From Polyangiales bacterium (GTDB lineage: Bacteria > Myxococcota_A > Polyangia > Polyangiales > Houyiibacteriaceae), in assembly GCA_045106895.1 (NCBI GenBank), contig JBGCFM010000071.1, forward strand, positions 1-25,719: a stretch of 25,719 bases of DNA. Direction: 5' to 3'. Positions 8,672 to 17,216 of the stretch are shown one piece after another (position 1 is the first letter of the stretch; each line of letters opens with the position of its first letter). Made by a program: the position numbers and the translations under genes. The notes under the pieces were generated by a model. It worked only from the letters and a program-made list of their open reading frames with translations, searched no databases and had not been told where the DNA came from.

Positions 8672-9028
8672 CTACTGACTGCGCACTTGGAACGTCGCCG
8701 CGCCGTCGGTCTTGCTCACGTTCACAAGCAAGAAACGAAGTACGCGGGGTCGGCGCATTTGCACCACCCAGTGGTCGTCTCCATCGGCGACAACGACGTC
8801 GCTGTAGACTGCCGGGTCGAAGCCCTCTTCGTCGGCGACCTGCATGGCGATGACGAGGGCGCCGTTTTCGTCCACGCCGCTCCGCGACGGGGGTGGAGTG
8901 GGCACAGCTTCTTCGCTGCCGTTCGTCGCCTCTTCTTCGGTCTCGGGCACAAAGATGGGCGGGGGAGAATCACGGCAGGTGCAGCAAGCCGAGAGCCAGA
9001 AGACGCCACAAGCGAGAAGAATACGCAT
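8672..9028 (-). CDS. Hypothetical lipoprotein
   Basis: MRILLACGVFWLSAC lipobox-like N-terminus, acidic/Pro linker, small C-terminal domain. TATGCT lies 7 nt upstream of ATG 9028. Confidence 0.65.
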   Translation of the reverse strand: MRILLACGVFWLSACCTCRDSPPPIFVPETEEEATNGSEEAVPTPPPSRSGVDENGALVIAMQVADEEGFDPAVYSDVVVADGDDHWVVQMRRPRVLRFLLVNVSKTDGAATFQVRSQ

Positions 9029-9072
9029 GGCGCCGAGCATAGAGGCGGACGCGACGGTTTGAAAAGCCTCCT

Positions 9073-9588
9073 TCAGCCTTCCGGGAGCAGCTTGTCCATC
9101 CAAGCCTTAGGGTCCACGACGCGCACCGGTTCTCCGCCGTCTTCGTCGACGCGTGTCCACGACTGGTCGACTTCGAGGCGGAACGAGCCCTCGAAGGGAT
9201 GGGGCGACGAGCCTCCCCATTCGTCAGGTGACACCATCGACCAATAGAGACCCTCTTTGTCGTTTCGGTAGAGGTGGTACGTGTGACCCGGCCGGCGCGG
9301 AAAAGAACAGCGCGCGCGATGGAGGTCGAGGTCTCGGCGCGCTCCCTTGAGAATCGCCTGCGCTTCTTCCTGAAGGTGCCGAATCTGCCGCGCGATGACG
9401 TCCAACTTGGAACCGGTGACGGCGCCCACCATGGTGTCCGCCGCTTCGATCTCCTTGGCGACATCCACAAGAACGATGGGTGGCGCGAGGCGGCTCAGCC
9501 CATAAGGAGCGCTGCGTCCAGTGCCGCGATGGCGTTCATCGTGCTGAGACTTGCCCGTGGTGTCTTCGTCCGTCGAATCATCCGCCAT
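9073..9588 (-). CDS. DUF2452-like protein
   Basis: PYGLSRLAPP, KLDVIARQIRHLQEEA, LHRARCSF...PGHTYHLY and SMVSPDEWGG..PHPFEGSFRLEVDQSW resemble DUF2452 members as I recall them. Confidence 0.8.
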   Translation of the reverse strand: MADDSTDEDTTGKSQHDERHRGTGRSAPYGLSRLAPPIVLVDVAKEIEAADTMVGAVTGSKLDVIARQIRHLQEEAQAILKGARRDLDLHRARCSFPRRPGHTYHLYRNDKEGLYWSMVSPDEWGGSSPHPFEGSFRLEVDQSWTRVDEDGGEPVRVVDPKAWMDKLLPEG

Positions 9589-9683
9589 GCGCTGGGTCTA
9601 TGACCATCTCACGGCTTTGCAAAGGGCCGAATCCGTCGAATCCGGCTTTCCTCTCGCGCCCCTCGTGGCACGCTCCGTTCCTC

Positions 9684-9820
9684 GGGGAAGCTTTTCGGAA
9701 GTTCCCTCGCCGCAGGCGGCTCTCACCTTCAAGCTTCTTGCGGCTCACCTTCAAACTTCTTTTTCTTTAGGAAACTTTTCGGAAGTTTCCTCGCCGCCGT
9801 GGGCGGCTCACCTTCAAACT
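9684..9820. repeat. Intergenic direct-repeat and hairpin cluster
   Basis: A 28-bp unit occurs at 9686-9713 and 9770-9797 (2 mismatches) and contains the hairpin GGAAACTT-TTCGG-AAGTTTCC. A second motif, GCGGCTCACCTTCAAACT, occurs three times (~9716-9736 with a 2-nt insertion, 9740-9757, 9803-9820). Confidence 0.85.
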
Positions 9821-9836
9821 CTGCCCAGGATCATTT

Positions 9837-11219
9837 ATGGCAAGCGCAAAAACCTACTTCGCCGCCCGAGCGACCAAGACAACCACCAAACTCTACTGCT
9901 TGGACCCGGCGGCAGCGAAGGCACACGTCGAAAAGAAAGGCAACGCAGCCCAGAAAAAGTGGATCGCCGCCCGCGGATTCGAGTTCAAAGCGGGTCGCTC
10001 GATTCTCCTGCCTGCGTCGGACGGCAGCATCGCCGCCGCGCTTCTCGTCCGTCCGAAGACGATCACACCATGGTCTTTTGGGTCGCTTCCTCTCGGTCTG
10101 CCGAAGGGTCGCTACGAGCTTGCGAACGACTTCGAAGGCGTCGAGGACTTCTCCTTGGGTTGGGCTCTTGGTCAGTACCGCTACGACCGCTTTAAGAAGA
10201 ACAAGAACGCACCCCGCGTCTTGGTTTGGCCGAAAGCCGCTGACTCCAAGCGCGTGCTTCGTCTCGCCAACGCGACGTACCTTGTACGCGACCTGGTCAA
10301 CGCGCCCGCTGAGACGCTCGGACCCGCTGAGCTCGCCGCCGCCGCCAAGAAGGTAGGCACGGCCTACGGCGCCAAGACCACGATCGTTCGCGGCAAGAAA
10401 CTCGAGAAGGAGTACCCCATGGTCCACGCCGTGGGCCGAGCCAGCTCCCGGGCGCCGCTCTACGTCGACATGCGCTGGGGCAAAGCCAAAGACCCCAAGG
10501 TCACGCTCGTCGGCAAGGGAGTTGTCTTCGATTCCGGCGGCCTCGACATCAAGCCTGGCGCCGGGATGCTCACGATGAAGAAGGACATGGGAGGTGCAGC
10601 GCACGCCATCGCCCTCGCCGGAGCCATCATGGACGCAAAGTTGCCGGTTCAGCTCCGGCTCCTGGTCCCCTGCGTCGAGAACTCCGTGTCCGGCAACGCG
10701 TTTCGGCCGATGGACATCTTCAAATCCCGCAAGGGCATCACCATCGAGATTGGGAACACCGACGCCGAGGGTCGACTCATCCTGTGTGACGCCCTCGCCG
10801 ACGCCGCCGAAGGGAAGCCCGAGTTCATCCTCGACTTCGCAACGCTCACCGGCGCCGCACGCGTCGCTCTCGGTGCAGACTTGCCGGCGCTCTTCTGCAA
10901 CGACGAGCTCCTCGCCACGGAGTTCATCGCGGGCGGACAACAAGCCCACGACGCAGTCTGGCGCATGCCACTCCATGCGGACTACAACCGCTTCCTGGAG
11001 AACAACATGGCGGACGTGAGCAACGTCAGCTCCACGCGCTACGGAGGCGCCATCACCGCAGCGCTCTTCCTGCAGAAGTTTGTTGGAACGCAGCAGCCTT
11101 GGGCTCACATCGACGTCATGGCGTACAACCAGTCCTCGCGGCCCGGGCGACCCAAGGGGGGCGAGGCGATGTCGCTTCGCGCCGCCTACGAGTTCATCGA
11201 GCGTCGCTACAAGAAGTAG
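9837..11219 (+). CDS. Leucyl aminopeptidase, peptidase M17 family (PepA/PepB-like)
   Basis: LVGKGVVFDSGG, MKKDMGGAA, NTDAEGRL, ATLTGA, WRMPL, GAITAALFL, WAHID. Confidence 0.96.
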   Translation: MASAKTYFAARATKTTTKLYCLDPAAAKAHVEKKGNAAQKKWIAARGFEFKAGRSILLPASDGSIAAALLVRPKTITPWSFGSLPLGLPKGRYELANDFEGVEDFSLGWALGQYRYDRFKKNKNAPRVLVWPKAADSKRVLRLANATYLVRDLVNAPAETLGPAELAAAAKKVGTAYGAKTTIVRGKKLEKEYPMVHAVGRASSRAPLYVDMRWGKAKDPKVTLVGKGVVFDSGGLDIKPGAGMLTMKKDMGGAAHAIALAGAIMDAKLPVQLRLLVPCVENSVSGNAFRPMDIFKSRKGITIEIGNTDAEGRLILCDALADAAEGKPEFILDFATLTGAARVALGADLPALFCNDELLATEFIAGGQQAHDAVWRMPLHADYNRFLENNMADVSNVSSTRYGGAITAALFLQKFVGTQQPWAHIDVMAYNQSSRPGRPKGGEAMSLRAAYEFIERRYKK

Positions 11220-11221
11220 GT

Positions 11222-12718
11222 TTAGTCGACGGCGACGATTTCAGGGTCTTCGCTTCGTCGATGGCCGCTGCCGGCGAGAGATCCCATCTCTTCATCGGCG
11301 CGAATCACGACGAAGCCCCCTGAGCCGCCACCACCGCCGGCATTGCCACCCGCGAGACTGATGTCAGGTGCGCTGCCGCCACGGGCGTCGGCACTCCCGT
11401 TCCCTCCTCGGGTGGTAACAACGAGAGTGTCTCCGCTCCCCGTGGGGCAGTTTCCGCCGCCGACGCCCCCCTCTGTGCCGCCGCTTTCTTCTTCGTTGCC
11501 ATTGCCGCTTACGGTGCTGCATCCGCCGCCGCCGCCGCCGCCGCCGCCTGCGGCGAGGACCTCGTTGCTGCCTTCGAAACGAATCTCGCCGGCGCACTCA
11601 AAGTGCACGCTGCCCCCAGCGCCGCCGCCGCCGCCGCCGCCGCCGCTCGTTCCGCCACTTCCGCCGCCGCCGCTGACATTGACGCTGTCACGGACCAAGA
11701 TATTGCCGCGTGCGGAGAACTGAATCGTTCCGCCGCCGCCGCCGCCGAGACCGCCACCAAACCCACCGCCAGAGCCGCCGCCTCCGCTGCCGCGCAGGGG
11801 AATGAGCCTGTCGCGATCACCAAACTCCGGGCCCCTCGAGCCGCCGGCCGCCTCCATCGAGCCGCCTCCGCCTCCGGCAGAACCGCCCTCACCGCCTTCG
11901 TCGACGCCGCCGCCGCCGCCGCCGCCGCCATCGGACCGGAAGGTGAACCCGGGCACTCCTCGGGATGCCCCGTTGCCGCCTGAGTACCCGATGCCTGAAG
12001 CCGCGTCGGCTCCGCTCGTTCCTCCAGGGCCCGGGATCGACGCTTGGGCGTCCGCGCGGATCTCAGCTTCGAGGGTGATGTTCCCCTTGGCAACGATCAC
12101 CAGCCCTCGCGACCCGACGACACGCAGGTCCGTTTGGAACGTCACATCGTTGAAGGAGACGACGCAAAGCTCAAGTTCGCCGGAGTCGTCGACATACCAA
12201 AAGTTCGGCAGGAACCTACAGTTGTCTGTGTCCCAGAGGGCATCCCGAACGATAGCGTCGCCATGCATAGCCTCCGACAAAGGTCGGGCGAGGTTGCTCG
12301 GAGCGAGATCGTAGCAAGACGCGCCGCCGCCACCTTCGCGGCACTCAAGCTCGCAAAGCTGCGGTATCCAGCCTGCGCCGGTGCACTCGCGAAGGGTGTC
12401 GCCATCACACTCGACTTCTCCGACCGGGCATCCAGCATCCGGCGGAACGTCGGGCCCACTGTCCATCATGGGAGGCGCGTCGAGAACCACCACGGGAGTG
12501 TCCGGCATCCCTCCGTCCACTGGGAGAGGCACATCTCGCCCCGCGTCCAGTGGTGGGGGGACGTCCGGCCGAGAGCCGCCGTCTGCACGCGCGTCCTCAA
12601 AACCCGCGTCGAGGAGCGGCGCCTCGATATCGAGCGGAGCACCGCCGTCGCTTCCGATCAGTCCGGCATGATCCACGGAACACGCCACGCAGAAAACCAA
12701 CGCCCAAATAGATCTCAT
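11222..12718 (-). CDS. Glycine-rich lipoprotein (paralog 2)
   Basis: MRSIWALVFCVAC lipoprotein signal, D-x-G/Pro linker, 6-Cys module, then repeated poly-Gly blocks each followed by a short hydrophobic strand (GGTIQFSARG, GGSVHFECAG, GGFVVIR). Confidence 0.85.
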   Translation of the reverse strand: MRSIWALVFCVACSVDHAGLIGSDGGAPLDIEAPLLDAGFEDARADGGSRPDVPPPLDAGRDVPLPVDGGMPDTPVVVLDAPPMMDSGPDVPPDAGCPVGEVECDGDTLRECTGAGWIPQLCELECREGGGGASCYDLAPSNLARPLSEAMHGDAIVRDALWDTDNCRFLPNFWYVDDSGELELCVVSFNDVTFQTDLRVVGSRGLVIVAKGNITLEAEIRADAQASIPGPGGTSGADAASGIGYSGGNGASRGVPGFTFRSDGGGGGGGGVDEGGEGGSAGGGGGSMEAAGGSRGPEFGDRDRLIPLRGSGGGGSGGGFGGGLGGGGGGTIQFSARGNILVRDSVNVSGGGGSGGTSGGGGGGGGAGGSVHFECAGEIRFEGSNEVLAAGGGGGGGGGCSTVSGNGNEEESGGTEGGVGGGNCPTGSGDTLVVTTRGGNGSADARGGSAPDISLAGGNAGGGGGSGGFVVIRADEEMGSLAGSGHRRSEDPEIVAVD

Positions 12719-12726
12719 GTGCCCAA

Positions 12727-12755
12727 AGGATCGGTAAACCCTGAGCCAAACGCAA
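12727..12755 (-). promoter_or_regulatory. Putative sigma70-type promoter of the 11222-12718 gene
   Basis: TTGCGT-17 bp-GATCCT, 8 nt before the ATG. The same arrangement precedes the paralog. Confidence 0.45.
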
Positions 12756-12768
12756 ATCTATGTGTTTG

Positions 12769-14292
12769 TCACTCGACGGCGGCGATCTCGGGCGCGGCGC
12801 GTACACGATGACCGCTTCCCGCAAGAACGCCGACTTCGGCGCTCGCGCGGATCACGACGAGGCCGCTTCCGCCGCCACCTCCACCACCGTTGGCGCCGGC
12901 ACGGTTGAGGTTGTTGGCGCTCACTCCGTCGCCGTCGCCGCTTCCGCCTCGACCGTGGGTGGCATAGAGAAAGCCGCTGCATCGTGCGCCCCGGGAACCA
13001 CCACGGACGAGAGAGTTTTGCTCTTCTTCCTCGCCGTTGACTCCGTCGCTGCAAGCGCCGCCTCCTCCGCCCCCGCCGCCAGCGGCGAGAACTTCGGCAC
13101 CATCAAAGCGAACGGTCCCGGCAGACTCGAAGATCAACGTACCGCCCGCACCGCCGCCGCCCCCGGCGCCGGAGTTCCCATTCCCGGCGGCGCCACCTGC
13201 TCCGCGGCCGCCGCTGATGTTGGTGCCGGAATTCACGAAGATGTCGCCACGAGCTGAGAACTGAACCGCGCCGCCTCCGGCTCCGCCAACCCCTCGCGAG
13301 GGTCCTTCGCCGCCCACGCCACCGGCGCCACCGGCGCGCAATGGAATGTAGGTCGCCCCAAAGGCCATTCCGCCAGCCCCACCGGCCGCCACGCTTGAGC
13401 TGAACTCACCGCCGCCGCTTCCGCCGTTGCCTCCTGCGCCGAAGCCGCCGCCGCCGCCGCCGCCGCCGTCCGAATCAAAGTCGACGCCCGCGACGGATTC
13501 GTTTTCGCCGTTCCCACCAGAGTAAGTGGTCATGACGCCTGACACGCCAGCGCCGCTCGACGCACCTGCGCCGGCCTCCGTGCCGTTCCCGTCCGCTCGG
13601 ATGATGGAGTTGAGGGTGATCGTCCCCGTAGCGACGACGACGAGGCCGCGCGTTCCAACCAGTCGAATGTCGTTTTGGAAAGTCACGTTCTCGTACGCCA
13701 AGACACAGAGGTCGATCTCGCCTGGGACGGGCTGCACATACCAAAAGTTGTCGAAGTTCTCGCAGTCGTCGGTGTTCCAGAACCCGTCCGTGACGACGAC
13801 GTTGCCCACGGCAACCGGTGGCACATCGGACAAGGGGTCGACGATGTTGCTGGGGATCAGGTCAAAACACGAGGCCCGCGCAGCGCTCTCTCGGCACTCA
13901 AATGCGCAGACGTCGTCCACATCCCAACCGGTGACGGTGCAGACTTCCAGCGTGTTGCCATCACATCGAGTGGTGCCGTCCATGCAGCCCGCGTCCGGCG
14001 GTCCCGCATCGATCATGGGTGGTGCATCCACGGGCACGTCGGGCATGCCTGAATCGACAATCACGGAGACATCAGGCCCTCCGTCGAAGACCACGGGCAC
14101 ATCGGGAAGGGTCCCCGAGTCGAAACCAGGGCCGGTATCGGGACCGGAGTCGGAGCCGGGTCCAGCGTCGAAACCAGGTCCCGTGTCGAAACCGGGTCCA
14201 GTATCAACGCCAGGACCGCCATCCTCGCCGACAAGCCCCGAGTGGTCGACGGAACAAGCTACACAGAAAACTAACGCCCAAATCGATCTCAT
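12769..14292 (-). CDS. Glycine-rich lipoprotein (paralog 1)
   Basis: First 17 aa identical to the downstream paralog (MRSIWALVFCVACSVDH). Same architecture and similar C-terminus (LAGSGHR...PEI.AV[DE]). Confidence 0.85.
   Translation of the reverse strand: MRSIWALVFCVACSVDHSGLVGEDGGPGVDTGPGFDTGPGFDAGPGSDSGPDTGPGFDSGTLPDVPVVFDGGPDVSVIVDSGMPDVPVDAPPMIDAGPPDAGCMDGTTRCDGNTLEVCTVTGWDVDDVCAFECRESAARASCFDLIPSNIVDPLSDVPPVAVGNVVVTDGFWNTDDCENFDNFWYVQPVPGEIDLCVLAYENVTFQNDIRLVGTRGLVVVATGTITLNSIIRADGNGTEAGAGASSGAGVSGVMTTYSGGNGENESVAGVDFDSDGGGGGGGGFGAGGNGGSGGGEFSSSVAAGGAGGMAFGATYIPLRAGGAGGVGGEGPSRGVGGAGGGAVQFSARGDIFVNSGTNISGGRGAGGAAGNGNSGAGGGGGAGGTLIFESAGTVRFDGAEVLAAGGGGGGGGACSDGVNGEEEEQNSLVRGGSRGARCSGFLYATHGRGGSGDGDGVSANNLNRAGANGGGGGGGSGLVVIRASAEVGVLAGSGHRVRAAPEIAAVE
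14116..14217 (-). repeat. Degenerate 18-bp coding tandem repeat (D[TAS]GPG[FS] units)
   Basis: Peptide GPGVDTGPGFDTGPGFDAGPGSDSGPDTGPGFDS follows the lipobox. Confidence 0.75.
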
Positions 14293-14300
14293 GTCCCCGC

Positions 14301-14329
14301 AGCATCAGCAAACGCGGACTCAAACGCAA
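14301..14329 (-). promoter_or_regulatory. Putative sigma70-type promoter of the 12769-14292 gene
   Basis: TTGCGT-17 bp-GATGCT, 8 nt before the ATG. Confidence 0.45.
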
Positions 14330-14341
14330 CTCAAACTAGGC

Positions 14342-15214
14342 TTAGGGCGCGAAGGCTTCTGGGAGGCCGGTCGTCTGCAGCATCGAGGCGATGTCCATGC
14401 TGACGGCCACAAGAGAATGCACAAGAAAACCGCCCCAGATGCTCTTGGTGCGCATGGCGAGCGTGCCTAAGAAGATACCGGCGAAGATCGCGCCGAGGGT
14501 CTCGGGGAATTCCTTGCCGAAGTGAATCATGACGTAAGGAACGGTCATGGCGAAGATCGCGCCGCTGCCGAGGGAGCGCGACGCGCGAAGCCACCAGCCT
14601 CGGAAGAAGAACTCCAAGCTAAAGAACTGCGCCAGGTAGAGCAGCTCCCAGGACACGAAGTCCATCCAGCTGCGGTGGCTCTGCTTGTAGAAGGGGTAGT
14701 ACTCCTGGAAGCCCGGCGTGAAGCTCACGACGACGACGCATACGAACACGACGAGGAAGCTCAGGATGTAGATCCACAGCTTGTCGCGGAAGCCCTTACG
14801 CGCAAGGTGTTGATCCCGCAGGCGTTCGCCGCTCAAGCGCATGACGATGAGCGGCAACACGAAGAAGCCCAACACCCGCCACAGCGCCCAGTAGGCGTGG
14901 TTGGAGAACTCCCACCAGGGATGTGGATCGCTCGTTGGCGAAGGCATGAAGTCCCGGAAGAAACTCCCGCTAATGGCGCCGCTCGCCTCAAGATCCGCAA
15001 GCCATGTGACGAGCTTGCGGAACGTGTGGGGCATCCCGAAGTACTCCATGAGCGTCAGAAAGACGGCGCCCGTCGCAAACGCGAGGAGTGGCTTGTAGTC
15101 GTAGCCGAGACCGGCGGCTTTTCGCTCCGCGCGGTAGTCGGCGGCTTCTTCGTCGAGCTTTTGCCAAGTCTCGAGGAAGAAACGACGTGGGTGAAGTTCG
15201 CCCCAGTCCGGCAT
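14342..15214 (-). CDS. CPBP family intramembrane glutamic endopeptidase (type II CAAX/Abi-like)
   Basis: Multiple TM helices; motifs LEFFFRG (variant of EExxFR), YVMIHFGK, AGIFLG..AMRTKSIW.GFLVH. The start overlaps the gltX stop (TGATG). Confidence 0.9.
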   Translation of the reverse strand: MPDWGELHPRRFFLETWQKLDEEAADYRAERKAAGLGYDYKPLLAFATGAVFLTLMEYFGMPHTFRKLVTWLADLEASGAISGSFFRDFMPSPTSDPHPWWEFSNHAYWALWRVLGFFVLPLIVMRLSGERLRDQHLARKGFRDKLWIYILSFLVVFVCVVVVSFTPGFQEYYPFYKQSHRSWMDFVSWELLYLAQFFSLEFFFRGWWLRASRSLGSGAIFAMTVPYVMIHFGKEFPETLGAIFAGIFLGTLAMRTKSIWGGFLVHSLVAVSMDIASMLQTTGLPEAFAP

Positions 15215-16662
15215 CAGTCGCCGGTGTTGCTCGCAGCGACCTCAGCTCCACGTCGGAGCCGAGTCAGGCAGGCCTCTTGGCCTAGGATCACGAGCGTGTC
15301 GTAGAGCCCCGGGCTCTGCATGCGGCCGCTAAGAGCAACACGCGCCGGCTGGGCAACGACCTTCATCTTGATGCCATCGGCAAGGACCCACGCGTTCACC
15401 GCTTCTTCGAGCTTATCCGCTTCGAAAGGCACGGTCTCCTCCACGATGCTCGCCAGTCGCTCTAGGTTCCCGACGTAGTCCGGCGTGAGGAACTTTCGTT
15501 TCCCCTTCGGCTGATACTCAAGTCCATCGTCGGCACGGAAGAAGTAGTCCAGGCCATCAGCAAGCTCGATGTACGTCGCGCAGCGAAGCTTCACGTGTTC
15601 GATGGCCGCGATGAGTTTTGTGTTCGTGGCCTCTACCTCGAGACCATTCGCCGCGAGATATGGCACGACGCCCTTGGCGAGCTCCGCATCGTCCAACATT
15701 CGAAGGTGCTGCGCCTGGACGTGCTCGAACTTCTTACCGTCGTACTTGCCGGCGGCGGTTCCGACGTGCTCCCAGGAGAACTTCTCGATGAGCTCTGCGC
15801 GGGTGAAGATCTCTTGGTCGCCGTGAGACCAGCCGAGGCGCGCCAAGTAGTTGATGACGCCGTCGGGCAGGTAACCCTGGTCGCGGTACTCGAGAACACT
15901 CACCGCGGCGTGGCGCTTGCTGAGCTTCTTTCCGTCCGGACCAAGCACCATCGGCAGATGGGCAAACTGAGGCGCCTTGGCCCCAAAGGCCTCGTAGAGG
16001 AGGAGCTGCGGCGGAGTGTTGACCATGTGGTCATCGCCACGGGCGACGAGGGTGATGCCCATCGTGAGGTCATCGACGACGCAGCCGAAGTTGTAGAGCG
16101 GGAGTCCATTCGGTCGCATGAGGACGAAGTCCTGCTGCTCCGTGTTGGACACGGTGATGGTGCCGCGAAGGAGGTCGTCCCAAGCGCACTCACCGTCGGT
16201 GGGCGTCTTGAAACGAATCGAGTGGGGCTGGCTTGCGTCGCCATCCGTGCGGTCACGCCAAGGTGAACGGAAACGGAAACCTTTCTTGCCGTGCTCCTTC
16301 TCGTACGCCTCACGCTGCGCAGCGGTCTCTTCTTTGGTGGCGAAGCAACGGTAGGCGTGCCCGCTCGCGATGAGCTTCTCCGCGTGCTCTTTGTAGATGT
16401 CTGTGCGCTTCGTCTGAAAGTACGGCCCGTGCTCGCCGCCTACGCCGGGACCTTCATCCCAGTCGAGGCCAAGCCAGCGCATGGATTCGAGAACGACCTC
16501 CACGGCTTCGCCCGTGCTACGCGCCGCATCCGTGTCTTCGATGCGAAGAACAAACTCGCCGCCCTGCTTCTTGGCCCATAGCCAGCAGTAGAGGGCCGTG
16601 CGAACACCGCCAATGTGAAGGAAGCCCGTAGGAGAAGGCGCGAATCGAACCCGTACACTCAT
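15214..16662 (-). CDS. gltX: Glutamate--tRNA ligase
   Basis: RVRFAPSPTGFLHIGG, LRIEDTD, RGDDH, KKLSKRH, YLARLGWS. It has the full C-terminal anticodon-binding domain, so it is not GluQ. Confidence 0.97.
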   Translation of the reverse strand: MSVRVRFAPSPTGFLHIGGVRTALYCWLWAKKQGGEFVLRIEDTDAARSTGEAVEVVLESMRWLGLDWDEGPGVGGEHGPYFQTKRTDIYKEHAEKLIASGHAYRCFATKEETAAQREAYEKEHGKKGFRFRSPWRDRTDGDASQPHSIRFKTPTDGECAWDDLLRGTITVSNTEQQDFVLMRPNGLPLYNFGCVVDDLTMGITLVARGDDHMVNTPPQLLLYEAFGAKAPQFAHLPMVLGPDGKKLSKRHAAVSVLEYRDQGYLPDGVINYLARLGWSHGDQEIFTRAELIEKFSWEHVGTAAGKYDGKKFEHVQAQHLRMLDDAELAKGVVPYLAANGLEVEATNTKLIAAIEHVKLRCATYIELADGLDYFFRADDGLEYQPKGKRKFLTPDYVGNLERLASIVEETVPFEADKLEEAVNAWVLADGIKMKVVAQPARVALSGRMQSPGLYDTLVILGQEACLTRLRRGAEVAASNTGD

Positions 16663-16715
16663 GGCGCGGGCTATACGCCATCCTCAGTTTGGACGCACGC
16701 CGCGCGAGGTCCTGT

Positions 16716-17216
16716 TTAGCTCACGCCGTAAATGTTCTCGCGCGTGACGATGCGTTTCCAGAGCGCTTCCAGTTCGCGGCCTCGCTTCGTTCGCTCGCCA
16801 AGCCAACGCGTGGCCGCGCCCACAGTGCTCATAAACTCCATACGGCTCGACGCCTGCGTGACCAGGCGAGATGAAAGGGGCAAGCCTTCCGCCGACTGCA
16901 CGCTCTCCTGGATGACCACCGCCGAGTACCCATCGACGCGCTCCAGCATCTCTTTCAGAACGCGGCGCTGGTGCATTCGAGACAGAAGATCCGGCGTGAT
17001 GGCTCCCGGGCCAAGGACGCCGAGGAGTGCGACGGGCCCACCATCGTCGGAGGGTTTCGCCGCCGCGGCGATGTCGAATACGCGCCCGTCTAAGGGACCG
17101 TTGCGGTACTGAATGATCGCACTTCGCCACCGCAGGACAATGCCCGTGGTGGTGCGATACAGTACCTGGGCGTCGCTTGGATCGAGCTCCGCCACGTGGG
17201 ACCCAGGTGAAATCAC
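16716..17216 (-). CDS. Hypothetical protein, possibly STAS/SEC14 (SpoIIAA-like) fold
   Basis: GTG start overlaps the upstream TGA (GTGA). Alternating strand/helix pattern (PVALLGVL, YSAVVI) ending in FMSTVGAATRWL, similar to the F...A..WL end of SpoIIAA-like proteins. Confidence 0.6.
   Translation of the reverse strand: MISPGSHVAELDPSDAQVLYRTTTGIVLRWRSAIIQYRNGPLDGRVFDIAAAAKPSDDGGPVALLGVLGPGAITPDLLSRMHQRRVLKEMLERVDGYSAVVIQESVQSAEGLPLSSRLVTQASSRMEFMSTVGAATRWLGERTKRGRELEALWKRIVTRENIYGVS

Noticed and set aside
9684..9820. Mini CRISPR array
   Set aside because: Only 2-3 imperfect copies with irregular spacing, the intervening sequence is itself repeated, and there are no cas genes in the window.
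11222..14292. PE-PGRS or collagen-like annotation for the Gly-rich proteins
   Set aside because: There is no PE domain and no sustained Gly-X-Y periodicity. The similarity is compositional only, and the proteins have lipoprotein signals.
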